From Octopus vulgaris (taxonomy: Eukaryota), in NCBI GenBank assembly GCA_951406725.2, contig OX597816.1:171740001-171804000 (forward strand): DNA of 64,000 nucleotides. The letters are read 5' to 3'. Below the pieces are notes generated by a model. It was not told the origin of the DNA. It saw only the letters and a program-made list of their open reading frames with translations, and did not search any database. Of the stretch, positions 13,798 through 27,011 are shown piece by piece (the stretch's first letter is position 1; every line of letters begins with the position of its first letter). Position numbers and translations under genes: made by a program.

Positions 13798-14714
13798 AGT
13801 TCTAGATATATGTGTCCTATTTAAGATGTTAGTGTGATTCGAGGGAAAATATGGATGTTATTTCTAGTACGCCTAATGACGGCGTAGAGGTTTTCTGGTT
13901 GGATTGCGAAACCGGTAGATTCATCTCTTACCTACACGATCATTTAAGTTTGAAACACGAGTCAACATAGACGCATGCTTTGATGGCAGTTTTTAAGTTT
14001 TATCTTAAAGACACGTCTAATTTTAAAAACTACGGTAGTGGGTGTGTGGGGGGCACACACAAGGGAAAATGAGCTTGAAAGCATCTCACCGAAAGTGTTC
14101 AATTTTTTTTTTTTTCTATTTAAATTTTTTTTTTTTTTCTGCCAGGTGTCACAAGATTGAAAATTTGCTTTTTGACTCGGCGGTCCAAACATTCCCCTGC
14201 CTACGCTGAAATATCAAATATGCTAGGGGTATGTGGCCTGTCACGTGTGTAATTCATCCCCCACTCATTCACAAAGCTTTATGTTTTATTACTCTGACTT
14301 CAATATAAGTCTATTCAGCAACGGAAGAAGACGCACACATATTCCTATCTATGAATTGTTCAAACGTATTGTTGGCCAATTTTATACCACATCCTATTCT
14401 TTTCTTGTCTAAACTTGATTCCCTGTGCTAAAATACAAATTAAAAAAAAAAAACAATAAGCTTTGCTAAACTTGCTAAGAGCATAAATAGAGAATTATTG
14501 TCCATTATATGCTGCCATCTGGTGTGTGTGTGTGGGGGACGTTAACTGTGTCACTTGATCGCCTTCATTCAACAACTGTCAAATTTATTTCAAATAGGAA
14601 AGTACTAATTTCATCATAATAATGGTGTCTTACATTACTTCATGTTTTACATATTTTAGGCAAGGGAATAGGCGACTACATCAAAGTCTCTGAAACTCAG
14701 AATGAAGAGGTACA

Positions 14715-15133
14715 TGATCTTTTCGGTTTGAACGGCAGTTTTTTCTAGCGGTGTCATATGAAATTGTCTCCTATAATTATGACCCTAGTATCGATCTATT
14801 GCATTTCAATCTGTTTTAGGGTTAAGGTTAGGGGTGGGGGGAAGGGTATCTTTTTTTCTTCACAAATGTAAATAAACCCAATCTGTTTCTTAAACGAGGG
14901 ACATATTCATACGGCACAGAATGTTTTTTAACTCAATAGACGTCATTGATTGGTTGAACTTGCAGAAATTGAAGAAAAAAAAACAACAAATATCTTACAA
15001 ATTATAGAATTTTCTCAATAAAGCCAAGAGGAAAAGATGTTTTATAAACACATTCTACCAGTATACGAAGTTTAAAATTTTTTAGTTACGTGGAAATTAT
15101 TTTAAAAAACTGCCGTTCAAACCGAAAGGATCC
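14715..15133. mobile_element. Merlin-like MITE, short form, copy 2
   Basis: ~30-bp TIRs and perfect 8-bp TSD GAGGTACA (14707-14714, 15134-15141). GG termini with an 8-9 bp TSD fit the Merlin superfamily. Confidence 0.88.
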
Positions 15134-15390
15134 GAGGTACATATAAATAATCGCGGAAAATTCAGTGCTATGCTCAGCTAATTCTATACCTTATATATTT
15201 AATACACACGCGCACGCACGCACGCACGCCGGTTTTAAGCCAATTAGACAGATATGTTCAAATTGGGCCCTATGCCAAAAGAGTGCCCAGTGAATACGTT
15301 CGAGCGGAGATCGCTATGATGAATGTTTAGTACATCATTGTGGATAATGGTGGAGCCTCAAGACCTCAATGCTTTTTGGATGGGACTGGC

Positions 15391-15717
15391 ATACACCCGT
15401 GGACATATTTACAAAGTCAGAAAACAGCACAGCTCCTATGACTTCAGGAAACATTTTTTCACGCTGAGAGTTGCTGAAGCATGGAACAAACTGCCGGCAT
15501 CAGTTGTTAGTTGTCGGAGCACTGCATCCTTCAAAACTTCCATGCTTTCTGAGATTCGCCAACACAACACCTGATTTTCTCCCCCCATACACACACAAGC
15601 ATGTATCTGACTCATGCATTGTTCGCTTTCCAGACATTTGTACATTACTGCATATACTCTGACAAGTTGTGGTGCACCTGAGCACTGTATACAATAATTT
15701 CATTATTATTATTATTA
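15391..15717 (+). mobile_element. CR1-clade LINE 3' fragment
   Basis: TRGHIYKVRKQHSSYDFRKHFFTLRVAEAWNKLPASVV...SFK resembles the CR1 ORF2 C-terminus; short 3' UTR and (ATT)n tail. Confidence 0.85.
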
Positions 15718-15986
15718 TACTACACGAAACATAAAACAACAATCTTCAGCTTTTGTAGAGGGCACCACTGACAATTCTCTAGTTTACCCCTGCCTTCCTA
15801 TTGCCGGTCCTGCACAAACACAGTGAACTATCGTTGGATTGTACTAATAATTAGGGTGGACATCTATTCCAATTAAATGTCCGAGTTAACCGATGAAGTA
15901 GGGTTAATATTGTGGGTATATATGATATTCAGGATATAAACACTGCATATTGAACGTAATAAACATTAATAAAGTTACAAAAAAAT

Positions 15987-16267
15987 GTGGAGGCGCAATG
16001 GCCCAGTGGTTAGGACAGTGGACTCGCGGTCGGAGGATCGCAGTTTCGATTCCCAGACCGGGCTTTGTGTGTGTTTATTGAGCGAAAACACCTAAAAGCT
16101 CCACGAATCTCCGGCAGGAGGAGGCGGCGACCCCTGTTGTACTCTTTCGCCACAACTTTCTCTCACTCTTTCTTCCTGTTTCTTGAGTAACGCTGCGATG
16201 GACTGGCGTCCCGTCCAGTTGGGGGCAACACATACGCAACAGAAACCGGGCTAGGCTTGAAAAGGGC
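15987..16267 (+). mobile_element. SINE head C plus tail Y (V-domain-like)
   Basis: Same head as 13497; tail GCGATGGACTGGCGTCCCGTCCAG shared with 40137-40398. Confidence 0.88.
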
Positions 16268-16445
16268 AAAAAATACTTTAAACATCATGTAATTACACAA
16301 AATGCGTAAATACCTATTTTATAAAATTATAGCAAGTAAAAATCAAAAATTTAATACCGGAGAGTTAATTTTATTCACCTCCGGTAGGAGACAGAAGCTT
16401 GATATATTAGAGGGGACACAGGTAATACTTTGTCGCTATGAGTAG

Positions 16446-16655
16446 AATGAAAGCGACGAACTGGCAGATTTGTTAAAGCGTTGGGAAATTGCTTTGTAGA
16501 ATTTGTTCCTGGTTTATGCGTTCTGAGTTCAAATCTCGCCGAAGTCACTTCAACTTTCATTCTTTTGAAGTCAATAGAAAAAAGTACCCGCATAATACTG
16601 GTATTGTCTAGTCTCACCGCCCTTAAAAATTGCTGGCCTTGTGCCTAAATTCGAG
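16446..16655 (+). mobile_element. Older family A variant with alternative tail
   Basis: Diverged A head and core ending AAATTGCTGGCCTTGTGCC; similar copies at ~48050-48230 and ~60460-60632. Confidence 0.7.
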
Positions 16656-18099
16656 CTATGATGACCCTCGTGGAGTTATCCACTCGAAGACATCTGAAAT
16701 GTTTGAGGAGAACCTATGTCAAAAGCAAGTCGGTCATTAGTATCATCAGTAGGCTTAACAAACTGCAGCAAGGGTGGGAAGAATTGGTTTGAAGAATGAA
16801 GCGAGGTTCAGTTCTTGAACTTGCTGTTTGATACTGCTCCTAGATAATGAGTTCCTTTAAAGCAAGTCAATGTACGAAATTACATCATTAAATGTTTCTT
16901 GTACAACAGAGAGTTTTTGGGCAATGGTGGCTCGTCGCCTTCACCGGCCTTACTATCGCTGCTATTACTTCTTCTGTTTACTCTCACTATCTAGTATGCC
17001 TCTCTGTGTCTTCTAGCCAGATTCAGACAATGTCTTTTGTGCTACCTGTTTCACCTGTTTAGATGGTTTCCAAGCATTACTTGGAGTGGTAAACTTCTAT
17101 AGCTTTCATAAATCATCAAACATTGAGTTTGTAGTTCTTGGCCTTCTCGTGAGTGCTTTTCTTCGTTGTCTTTTCTAAAAGCGTTCTCTTCTATCACCAC
17201 GAAAACTTAAATATTTTCGTTGGTATAATTTCTTGCAAACTACAATTATACCTTGATACATTGGGTAGGATCGTAGATAATACAAGGTGGTAAAAACATA
17301 TACCTTATTTTATCGTCAAAACCGACAAGTTGGTGTTTAGCTGGGTGAGTATGTGCATCGTTTAAAATTTTATAGTACCTTCACCTCATGCGTAGAAAGT
17401 TTTAGAACAGCTTGCTATTTATACTCTGCATGAATGAAATGTCAGAAAAACTACACGTGCTGACTAAAATTTCTTAGAATAGTAATAGTACGCTGGTAGC
17501 TGGTGCATTATGTCTTTCAAAATTCATGTGGGCGCACTTGACTTTCCACCATCACAAACTTTCAATACTGCATACTGACTACGTTCGCACAACACTGCGT
17601 CAAAAAAGCTCCGTAATTAATTTACGATCATTCTTAAAATAGGAAATTAAGAGCCCTTTACAATTAATCACATCATTTAACAACTTGAATAGTTTGACTT
17701 CCTCTGTTGGGACACAGCTAACTTCGCCTATTTTTATTATGTATTTTATGACCCATTCCATTCCAGTTAACCCTAAACCCCTAGTAATAAGCCATCACAA
17801 GTTGCAAAATTCTTGATGCATGTGTGCCTAAATAGCCCAGGGAGCAGCACTTTTCATTTCTCCATCACTGACGTTGCTATCACGGGATCGTTGGTGGAAA
17901 ATCCGCTTTGTCATTGACACATTAAGATTCGAATCTATTTCAATAAAAATTTTTGCACCGCACATTTCATAAATATTAGCAATTATCTCTTCATCACATT
18001 CTACTGTCTTAAAAAAAGGAAAAAAAACAAAAAAAAACATTGCACAACGTATTCCAGGATATGAAAAGCAGGATGGTCACGACTTTGATCCCAGATTTA

Positions 18100-18601
18100 C
18101 CGTAAATCCCCGAGTATGATCCGCATTATTCCCCCCAAATTTAAAGGTCAAAATCCCTAGTGCGTACTATATACAAGGTTAAAATGATATTTTCTAAGCA
18201 ATGTCCGACTCTCTATTTGCTGTCCGGCAATGTTTATTCAGACGCATTTTGTGATGTCGGGCGCGAAAATACCTTAAGCTAAGCCTGAAAGCAATGAAGT
18301 CATAAAAGAATAATCCATAACTTGCAATAAGCAACATTTATTAAACATTATTACTGTTATTTATTTATTTTCTGCAAACAAAATGTACAAAAATGCTACA
18401 CGTTTGCCTTATATGTACAATAATAATAAAGAACGTTACCGTATACATTTTTACAAACCAAGGACGTTATACAGCCCTCCTTGACTCAAGTTAGAGAAGG
18501 GGTGCGTATTATACACAAGGTTTAGGTTTTTCAGAGGAACAGCCCCCTAAAAATCCCCTGCGTATTATACTCAAGGGCGGACGACACTCGAGGATTTACG
18601 G
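18100..18601. mobile_element. Tc1/mariner-superfamily (pogo-like) MITE
   Basis: TIRs CCGTAAATCCCCGAGT / ACTCGAGGATTTACGG flanked by TA on both sides; no ORF. Confidence 0.82.
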
Positions 18602-19039
18602 TATTCAATCAGGACTGAAGTTGAGCCAAACAGTTTTAACAACCTACTCCAATTTGTGCTTAACGTTCCCATATTCTTTTCGTTTCCTATGGTGCGTACG
18701 CTTCCTATTTCAACTGACTGTTTTTGACAACTTTAAATAGTTGTACACTTGCCCTATATTATTAGATTTTGCTTAAACACCACTGCAGCAAAAGTTTTAT
18801 TTGCCTCAGATTTCAGTTTCATATAACATCGTGCATTATACAATATCTTAATGCCTGGTAGTTTTGGTGCTTGACTTTTTATTGTCCCAAAAAGCAAATT
18901 TGGGTTATTTATATTTCTTTCCATCATTATTTTCTACATCGATTTAATGATGTTGTTGTTCACACATGCACAAACTTATACAAATAAACATGCATGCACA
19001 TTAATCACATACGTACTCGCGTACACGCATGCTCACACT

Positions 19040-19381
<342 letters not shown>

Positions 19382-19457
19382 CAGGATTGACCAAAATGAT
19401 GTAGACTCTTCTGATGTGAATACTATAAGTTTCGAAAATCAATTAAGATTGTTTATA

Positions 19458-19819
19458 GGCGCAGGAGTGGCTGTGTGGTAAGTAGCTTGCTTACCAACCA
19501 CATGGTTCCGGGTTCAGTCCCACTGCGTGGCACCTTGGGTAAGTGTCTTCTACTAAAGCCTCGGGCCAACCAGAGCCTTGTGAGTGGATTTGGTAGACGG
19601 AAACTGAAAGAAGCCCGTCGTATATATATATATATATATATATATATGTTAGCGTGTCCCCCCAACATCGTTTGACAACCGATGCTGGTGTGTTTACATC
19701 CCCGTAACTTAGTGGTTCGGCAATAGAGACTGATAGAATAAGTCCTGGGGTCGATTTGCTCGACTAAAGGCGGTGCTTCAGCATGGCCACAGCCAAATGA
19801 CTGAAACAAGTAAAAGAAA
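19458..19819 (+). mobile_element. SINE family B (bipartite, internal microsatellite)
   Basis: Head GGCGCAGGAGTGGCTGTGTGG...GGTTCAGTCC, CORE-like GGCACCTTGGGyAAGTG, internal (TA)n, right half ending GAAACAAGTAAAAG. Confidence 0.9.
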
Positions 19820-21409
19820 CATACATACATACATACATACATACATACATACATACATACATACATACATACACACACACATATATATATATATATATGT
19901 TGTTATATTCTAAATAAGCCCCTGGCTTTACAGACCAGAGGTAAAAAATACCTGTCGTAGAATGTATTCCTTTATTCGAGGGAGTGAGACTTCTCTCCAA
20001 GTTCAGTTGCCTTCATGTTTTCCATTTACATACATTACCAAGAAACAATATTATTAAGGTAAACTTTGCTGCGCTGCGTTAGCAATATGTATTGTTCAGT
20101 TTTTATTTCCCCTTGTTACATTGAGCTTTGCTCTTGTGGCAGCTAGTGACCATCTCCTGTTTTTGGATTCATGCAAATAATCTTGAACTTTACATCTTAG
20201 GAGGTAAATGACGAAACTGCATGATAGACTTCTGTTGTTTGATTTATGTCTTCTGTGATCAGTATTTTCATAATTTTGCGCAGCCTTCTTGGTGAAATTA
20301 TGTGTTTCAGTTTAATTTACCAATCTTTCACTCTGAAGATCCGAAGTGTACTTTATTCATGCCACCGAGTTAAATTCATGTAAGGTTATTTTTAGGCTGA
20401 ATTTATTTCATGACTGTCAATAAAATTTAGTAAGAATGATGTTACCGGAGTGTGTCGATTGGTCGATGAAAATTAAAGGATATTTTTTTTTTTTTTATTA
20501 TTCAGAATCTTTGTAGATATTCTAAAAGAAAATCACAAAGAATTTCGTCATGACTTAGTTCATAAATCCGTGCTAAGTTTGACTCAGAGGCTTAATGGAT
20601 CAAACAAATTATTTCTCGATACAAATGACTCACGTGATTATTATGTGATTTTAAGAACATATGTGAGCAAAAATAAGCCCAGGCAAAGCAGAGCGAAGAT
20701 AAATACACAGCTGTTGATGAAAATCGAAAGTTTTTCTCAGACGATAAAATAAATAATAAAGAAATGACGAATCCAGGCAATCGTAAGAATATAAATAAAC
20801 CAAATATTTCAGTTCAAAAAGGCTACAGCTTGTACATGTTAACAGACACAAGAAGGTAGGAGAGGCGTGGCTGGTTTGCCATAAAATTAAACGATTATTT
20901 TGTTGACATTAATAATTGTTTTATATAAATTAGAGCCAACTCTCAAATTATCTGGATATCGGAGTGTAAATAGTTCGCAGTTGTTGTTGTTGCTGTTGTG
21001 ATGGTGGTCGTGGTGGTGGTGGGTGATGGTATGTGGTGGTGGATGTTGTTGTTGTCCTTTTGCTCCAGATCAATCCTCATTGAGCAAACCTGTGAAGAAA
21101 AGCATTCCATCCTTGACTATCCCACCTCTTTTGGTATATCTCGAACGACATTATGCCGAGCCTTCTGCCTGGTATAAAGTTGATTAGAAGGACTTCAAAT
21201 GTTATTTCCAGTAGATCGACCTACAACACAGAAACTTCTTTGGCTTACACAATACAATATCAGGCACAGCAACAACTAATACCTGTAAGAAACAAATGCT
21301 CCATACAACTGAAGTAAAGCCAACTTCAAATCTTCTCATCAGTATTCACTGGTTCCTTACATTTATTACTGAAAACAAGCTTCAAGACAAGATTTTCAGA
21401 TCTTGTCTT

Positions 21410-21630
21410 TCTTTTTTATCTTTTACTTGTTTCAGTCATTAGGTTGCGGCCATGCTGGAGTATCGCCTCGAAGAATTTTTAGTCGAATGAATCGAATCGA
21501 CCCCAGTACTTTTTTTTAATTCAAAGCCTGGAACATATTCTATCGGTCTCCTTTGCCGAACCCTAAGTGACAGGAATGTAAACACACGAAGACCGGTTGT
21601 CAAGCGGTGGTGGGGACAAAGACAGGCTTA
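21410..21630 (-). mobile_element. SINE family B right half only
   Basis: Reverse complement of the family B right half, diverged. Confidence 0.75.
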
Positions 21631-21671
21631 AAACACACGCGCACACACACACACACACATACATACATACA

Positions 21672-21726
<55 letters not shown>

Positions 21727-21883
21727 GGTGCAGAAGTGGCTGTGTGGTAAGAAGTTTGCTACCCAGCCACATGGTTCTGGGTTCAATCCCACTGCGTGGC
21801 ATCTTGGGCAAGTGTCTTCTACTATAGCCTCGGGCCGACACACAGGTGGATTTGGTTGACGGAAACTGAAAAGAAGCTCGTCG

Positions 21884-21924
<41 letters not shown>

Positions 21925-22171
21925 GTGTGTGTGTGTGTGTCTGTGTGTATTTATGTGCGTTTTTGTGTCTGTGTTCGTCCCCCCAACATCACTTGACAAC
22001 CGACATTGGTGTGTTTACGTCCCCGTAACTTAGCGGCTCGGCAAAAGAGATCGATAGAATAAATACCGGGATTACAAAGAATGTGTCCTGGGGTCGATTT
22101 CCTCGACTGAAAAAGACGGTGTTCCAGCATGGCCGCAGTCAAATGAGTGAAACAAGTAAAAGAGTAAAAGA

Positions 22172-22172
<1 letters not shown>
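21727..22172 (+). mobile_element. SINE family B
   Basis: Full head, internal (TA)n(TG)n and right half. Confidence 0.9.
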
Positions 22173-22227
<55 letters not shown>

Positions 22228-22271
22228 AAATAAATGAAAGAATGGAGTCGAACGAAGATGTTAACAAAATT

Positions 22272-22364
22272 CCTTTACTCTCGACACATGTTTCGAAGAC
22301 AGCATGTTTTCATTCCAAAGGAATAAAGGGTGCATTATGCAATCTTCTCATCAGGAAAGAAAGG
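22272..22364 (-). ncRNA. Type I hammerhead ribozyme (predicted)
   Basis: Minus strand: stem I CCUUUCUUUC/GAGAGUAAAGG, core CUGAUGA, long stem II closed by GAAGA/UCUUC, GAAA, short stem III with palindromic ACAUGU, GUC cleavage triplet. Folded by eye. Confidence 0.8.
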
Positions 22365-22611
22365 GAGCCTCTCTCGACAAGAAGACAAACAAAATTTTCG
22401 ATGATTGCCTACAATCGCTTCAACCGTGTTTCTGACGTGAATTTGCTACCCAGGTTTCGGTTAAACGAATTTTCCATGCTGACGATAAACATAGGATAAT
22501 TCATTCACCTACTTAAATATATATATATATATATACGATGGGCTTTTACCAAATCCACTCACAAGGCGCACACAAACGAACGAATGACTAATAGTTCTTA
22601 CAACTAATACC

Positions 22612-22842
22612 TATTTCTTTATTACTCACAAGGTGCTAAACACAGAGGGGACGAACAAGGACAGACATAGGTATTAAGTCGATTACATCGACCCCAGTGC
22701 GTAACTGGTACATTATTTATCGACCCCGAAAGGATGAAAGGCAAAGTCGACCTCGGCGGAATTTGAACTCAGAACGCAGCGGCGGACGAAATACTGCAAA
22801 ACATTTCGCCCGGCGTGCTAACGATTCTGCCAGCTCGCCGCC
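22612..22842 (-). mobile_element. SINE family A, full length
   Basis: Family match; TSD CTTACAACTAATACC at 22597-22611 and 22842-22856. Confidence 0.92.
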
Positions 22843-23180
22843 TTACAACTAATACCGTCATATCCAAGGTTTAGTTACACTGTGAAGTATTTATCTAGGT
22901 ACCAAAGTCAGTGACCTTCAACAAGCTTCTTAATTTTTTTTTCTTCAGTGTTTCAAAATATTAAAATTCCAATTGTCATTTATTTTCTCCGAAATCGATA
23001 ACATTTCTATTTTAGTTTATAGAAGACAAAATGGCTGAAATCGCACTGTTTGTATCAAGAAAAATAAAGACTTCGTGGTTAGTAAAGAAAAAGGCTCGTT
23101 GTTATATTAAAGCTTCCCTCCTATCTAGAGACTAGGCGAAGAGCAATATGGAACTTGAAAGGACTCGAACTTAACTAACT

Positions 23181-23502
23181 GGCACTCCGTCGGTTGCGAC
23201 GACGAGGGTTCCAGTTGATCCGATCAACAGAACAGCCTGCTCGCGAAATTAACGTGCAAGTGGCTGGGTACTCCACAGACACTCGTACCCTTAATGTAGT
23301 TCTCGGGGAGATGCAACGTGACACAGAATGTGACGAGGTTGGCCCTCTGAGATATTGATACTACTCATTTCTCATTTTTGCCAGTTGAGTGGACTGGAGC
23401 AACGTGAAATAAAGTGTCTTGCTCAAGGATACAACGCGACGCCAGGAATCGAACTCACTACTGTGAGCCGAACACCCGAGCAACTAAGCCACGCGCATTC
23501 AC
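23181..23502 (-). mobile_element. SINE head D (CORE-like) plus tail Z
   Basis: Reverse-complement match to 38301-38624. Confidence 0.85.
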
Positions 23503-23602
23503 CACAGCACTTAGTTCACGCAATGGTTTTATATTTGAATGAATGTTCACATCGGAATTCTATGGAGATATTGATATCTAACATTGATACCATTATAACA
23601 TT

Positions 23603-23836
23603 AAGGCGGCGAGCTGGCTGAAACGTTAGCACGCCGGGCGAAAGGCATAGCCGTATTTCGTCTGCAGTTACGTTCTGAGTTCAAATTCCGCCGAGGTCGA
23701 CTTTGCCTTTCATCCTTTCGGGGTCGATAAATTAAGTACCAGTTACGCACTGGGGTCGATGTAATCGACTTAATACCTATGTCTGTCCGTGTTTGTCCCC
23801 TCTGTGTTTGGCCCCTTGTTGGTAGTAAAGAAATAG
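23603..23836 (+). mobile_element. SINE family A, full length
   Basis: AGGCGGCGAGCTGG...GTAGTAAAGAAATAG; GATATCTAACATTGAT is duplicated on both sides. Confidence 0.92.
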
Positions 23837-23976
23837 ATATCTAACATTGATGCAGAGGCACAAATTCGTTGGAGGATGGGCCTGGTCGAATAAATCAAGC
23901 AAGTAGTTAACAGGTCCTAAAACTGATCGACTCCATAGTGATGAAACGTGAAGTATATCTTCTTTCTATCTTTATC

Positions 23977-24318
23977 TTTTACTTGTTTCAGTCATTTGAC
24001 TGCGGCCATGCTGGAGCACCGCCTTTAGTCGAGCAAATCGACCCCGGGACTTATTCTTTGTAAGCCCAGTACTTATTCTATCGGTCTCTTTTGCCGAACC
24101 GCTAAGTGACGGGGACGTAAACACACCAGCATCGGTTGTCAAGCAATGCTAGGGGGACAAACACACAAACACACACACATATATATATACATACATATAT
24201 ACGACAGGCTTCTTTCAGTTTCCGTCTACCAAATCCACTCACAAGGCATTGGTCGGCCCGGGGCTATAGCAGAAGACACTTGCCCAAGATGCCACGCAGT
24301 GGGACTGAACCCGGAGCC
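23977..24318 (-). mobile_element. SINE family B, 5'-truncated
   Basis: Family match including the internal microsatellite. Confidence 0.88.
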
Positions 24319-24780
24319 ATAGAAAGATTTTAGAACTTAGGAGGCAGAGGGCTTCTATGATGTTCTACTATTTCTGTCATTCTATCGCCTTTAAACACTA
24401 TAATGAGATTAAAAGAGAAACCAAAATCGGCAGATACGTGGCAATGGAATACACACACACACACAAACGCACACACAGAGATATTGAAAAAGAGATAGGT
24501 AGATAGACGCAAATGTGCACGTATCAGTGGGAGAGAGAGAGAGAGAGAGAGGAGGGAAAGGCGGAAAGAGAGGGAGACAGACAGTAGTGGGGAGGGGGAA
24601 AAGTTACGTAGTAAATCTCATTCTTCCTGAAACTCTCACCAATGCCCCATTGAACATCCGCACTGCTGGTGGTTATCAAACACAACGATCGTCTCCTCTC
24701 TTGAAGTTCTCACGCTCAGAATTGAGGACAGCTGTTTTGAGGTCTTTTAGAAAAGGGAGAAAACTATGAAAACATTAAGC

Positions 24781-24825
<45 letters not shown>

Positions 24826-25018
24826 CACACACACACACTTAGAAACACACGCTCATTCTTACACACAGTCGCGCACACACACACGAGTTTTCCTCACCTA
24901 TTTACATATTTTACGTGCAAGAGAGTTTAAATTATCCATGCACACTTTCTTTGTTTATATTCACAGAAATTCTATTGCCCCAACCGTACTGATACGCTTT
25001 CTAATGGGCTTTCTATAC

Positions 25019-25069
<51 letters not shown>

Positions 25070-25261
25070 GCACGCGCGCGCGCTCGCTGATGCGCGCTCA
25101 TATGCTCACACACTGAAAAAGGCCATGAATAAATATAAACAATTTCATACCCACGCGACGACCAACCCACGCAGGCGCATTAGCAATGATGCTGCCTTCC
25201 TACACATTCACTGCCATACATATACAGATGAATATATATACAAACACATGAATGCGCAAAT

Positions 25262-25330
<69 letters not shown>

Positions 25331-25356
25331 TGTGTATGTGTGTGTGTGTTTGTGTG

Positions 25357-25823
25357 TTCTTTTACTCTTTTACTTGTTTCAGCCATTTGACTGCTGCCAT
25401 TCTGGAGCAAGGCCTTGAAGGGTTTTGTTCGAAGAAATCGACCTCAGGACTTATTATTTGTTTTAAAAGCCTAGTACTTATTCTGTCGGCCTCTGTGGCC
25501 GAACCGCTAGGTTACGGGGACGTAAATACGCCAACACCGGTTGTCAAACGGTGATGTGGTGGCACACACAGACACAAAAGCATACACACATTGATATATT
25601 AATACACACACGCACGAACACACACACATGCATATATATGTATACATATATATATATATACGACGGGCTTCTTTCAGTTTCCTTCTACCAAATCCACTCG
25701 CAAGACTTAAGTCGGCCCGAGGCTATAGTAGAAAATACTTGCCCAATGTGTCACGCAGTGGGACTGAACCCGGAACTTTGTGGTTGGGATGTAAGCTTCT
25801 TACTACATAGCTACGCCTGCGCC
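25357..25823 (-). mobile_element. SINE family B, diverged, directly downstream of a U6 copy
   Basis: Family match across both halves. Confidence 0.85.
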
Positions 25824-25829
25824 TATTTG

Positions 25830-25934
25830 AAAAATATGGAACGCTTCTCGAATGTGTATGTCATTCTTGCGCAGGGCCATGTTAACCTTCTCTGTATCGT
25901 TCCAATTTTAGTACAGGTACAGCCGAAGCATGTA

Positions 25935-25935
<1 letters not shown>
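25830..25935 (-). pseudogene. U6: Full-length U6 snRNA pseudogene
   Basis: Minus strand contains GCTTCGGC, TACTAAAATTGGAACGATACAGAGAAG, ATGGCCCTGCGCAAG and GAAGCGTTCCATATTTTT. ACAGAGA box intact, but the catalytic AGC triad reads AAC and other substitutions are present. Confidence 0.92.
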
Positions 25936-25974
<39 letters not shown>

Positions 25975-26000
25975 AAATGTACAGAAAAACAAATGAGGAA

Positions 26001-26052
<52 letters not shown>

Positions 26053-26053
<1 letters not shown>

Positions 26054-26340
26054 CACGTGATCACGTGACCGACCAGGTCATCAAATGTTGGTACACATCG
26101 CTGGTCACAATGCGCTTCGCATTGTTTTAGCCTTTCAATGACGCCACCCCCCCGCTGGCTAAGCGAGCAGGCCAACAGAAGAAAGAGAGAAGGTCGTGGT
26201 GAAAGAGTACAGCAGGGAGCCTTGTGGAACTTTTAGGTGTTTTCGCTGAATAAACACTCACAACGCTCCGTCTGGGAATCGAAACCACGATCCTACGACC
26301 GCGGGTCCGCTGCCCTAACCACTGGGCCATTGCGCCTCCA
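26053..26340 (-). mobile_element. SINE head C plus tail X
   Basis: Matches 13497-13797 with small internal deletions; sits within (TA)n. Confidence 0.88.
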
Positions 26341-26370
26341 TATATATATATATATATATATATGTATGTT

Positions 26371-26401
<31 letters not shown>

Positions 26402-27011
26402 ATGGGCATGTATATACACACACATATATATATGTATATACATATGCATACATATGTGTGTGTGTGTGTGTGAGGTGGAGTATATGTATGAGCGTTTGTG
26501 TGTGTGCGTACGTGCTTTCATGCGTGTGTGCACGAAAGAGGTTAAATTGGCAGTATCGTTAGCGCAATGGATACAATAAATGTCTTACGTTATTAGGTTC
26601 CAATCCAGCCGAAGTCAACTTTGCCCTTTAACCTTCCGACGTCGTTAAATAAATTACTAGTACAAGCGTTAAACCTGTCTGTCTGTCTGTCTGTCTGTCT
26701 CTGTCTCTCTCTCTCTCTCCCTCTCTCACTCTCTCTCTCATGTACTGACATTTTTTTTTATTTCCCTGTCCCGTGATATTGCCGTCTGCTCATTTTGTTT
26801 GTTGATGTGATAGCATGCCATCAACTTTGTCACCCACCCCTATTCTTATTATTTTCTTTTCTCTTTATACGCTTCTTTAGCTATTACTTAATCACCACCT
26901 CTCGCTTTCTGAATACGCACACACACACACACACAAGCACACACATATACTTATATACATACACACTGGCATGCACTTGTACAACGAATGTTCATCTCTT
27001 TCCATTATGTA

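Noticed and set aside
25830-25935. Functional U6 gene
   Set aside because: AGC triad mutated, several other changes, and no recognisable upstream promoter.
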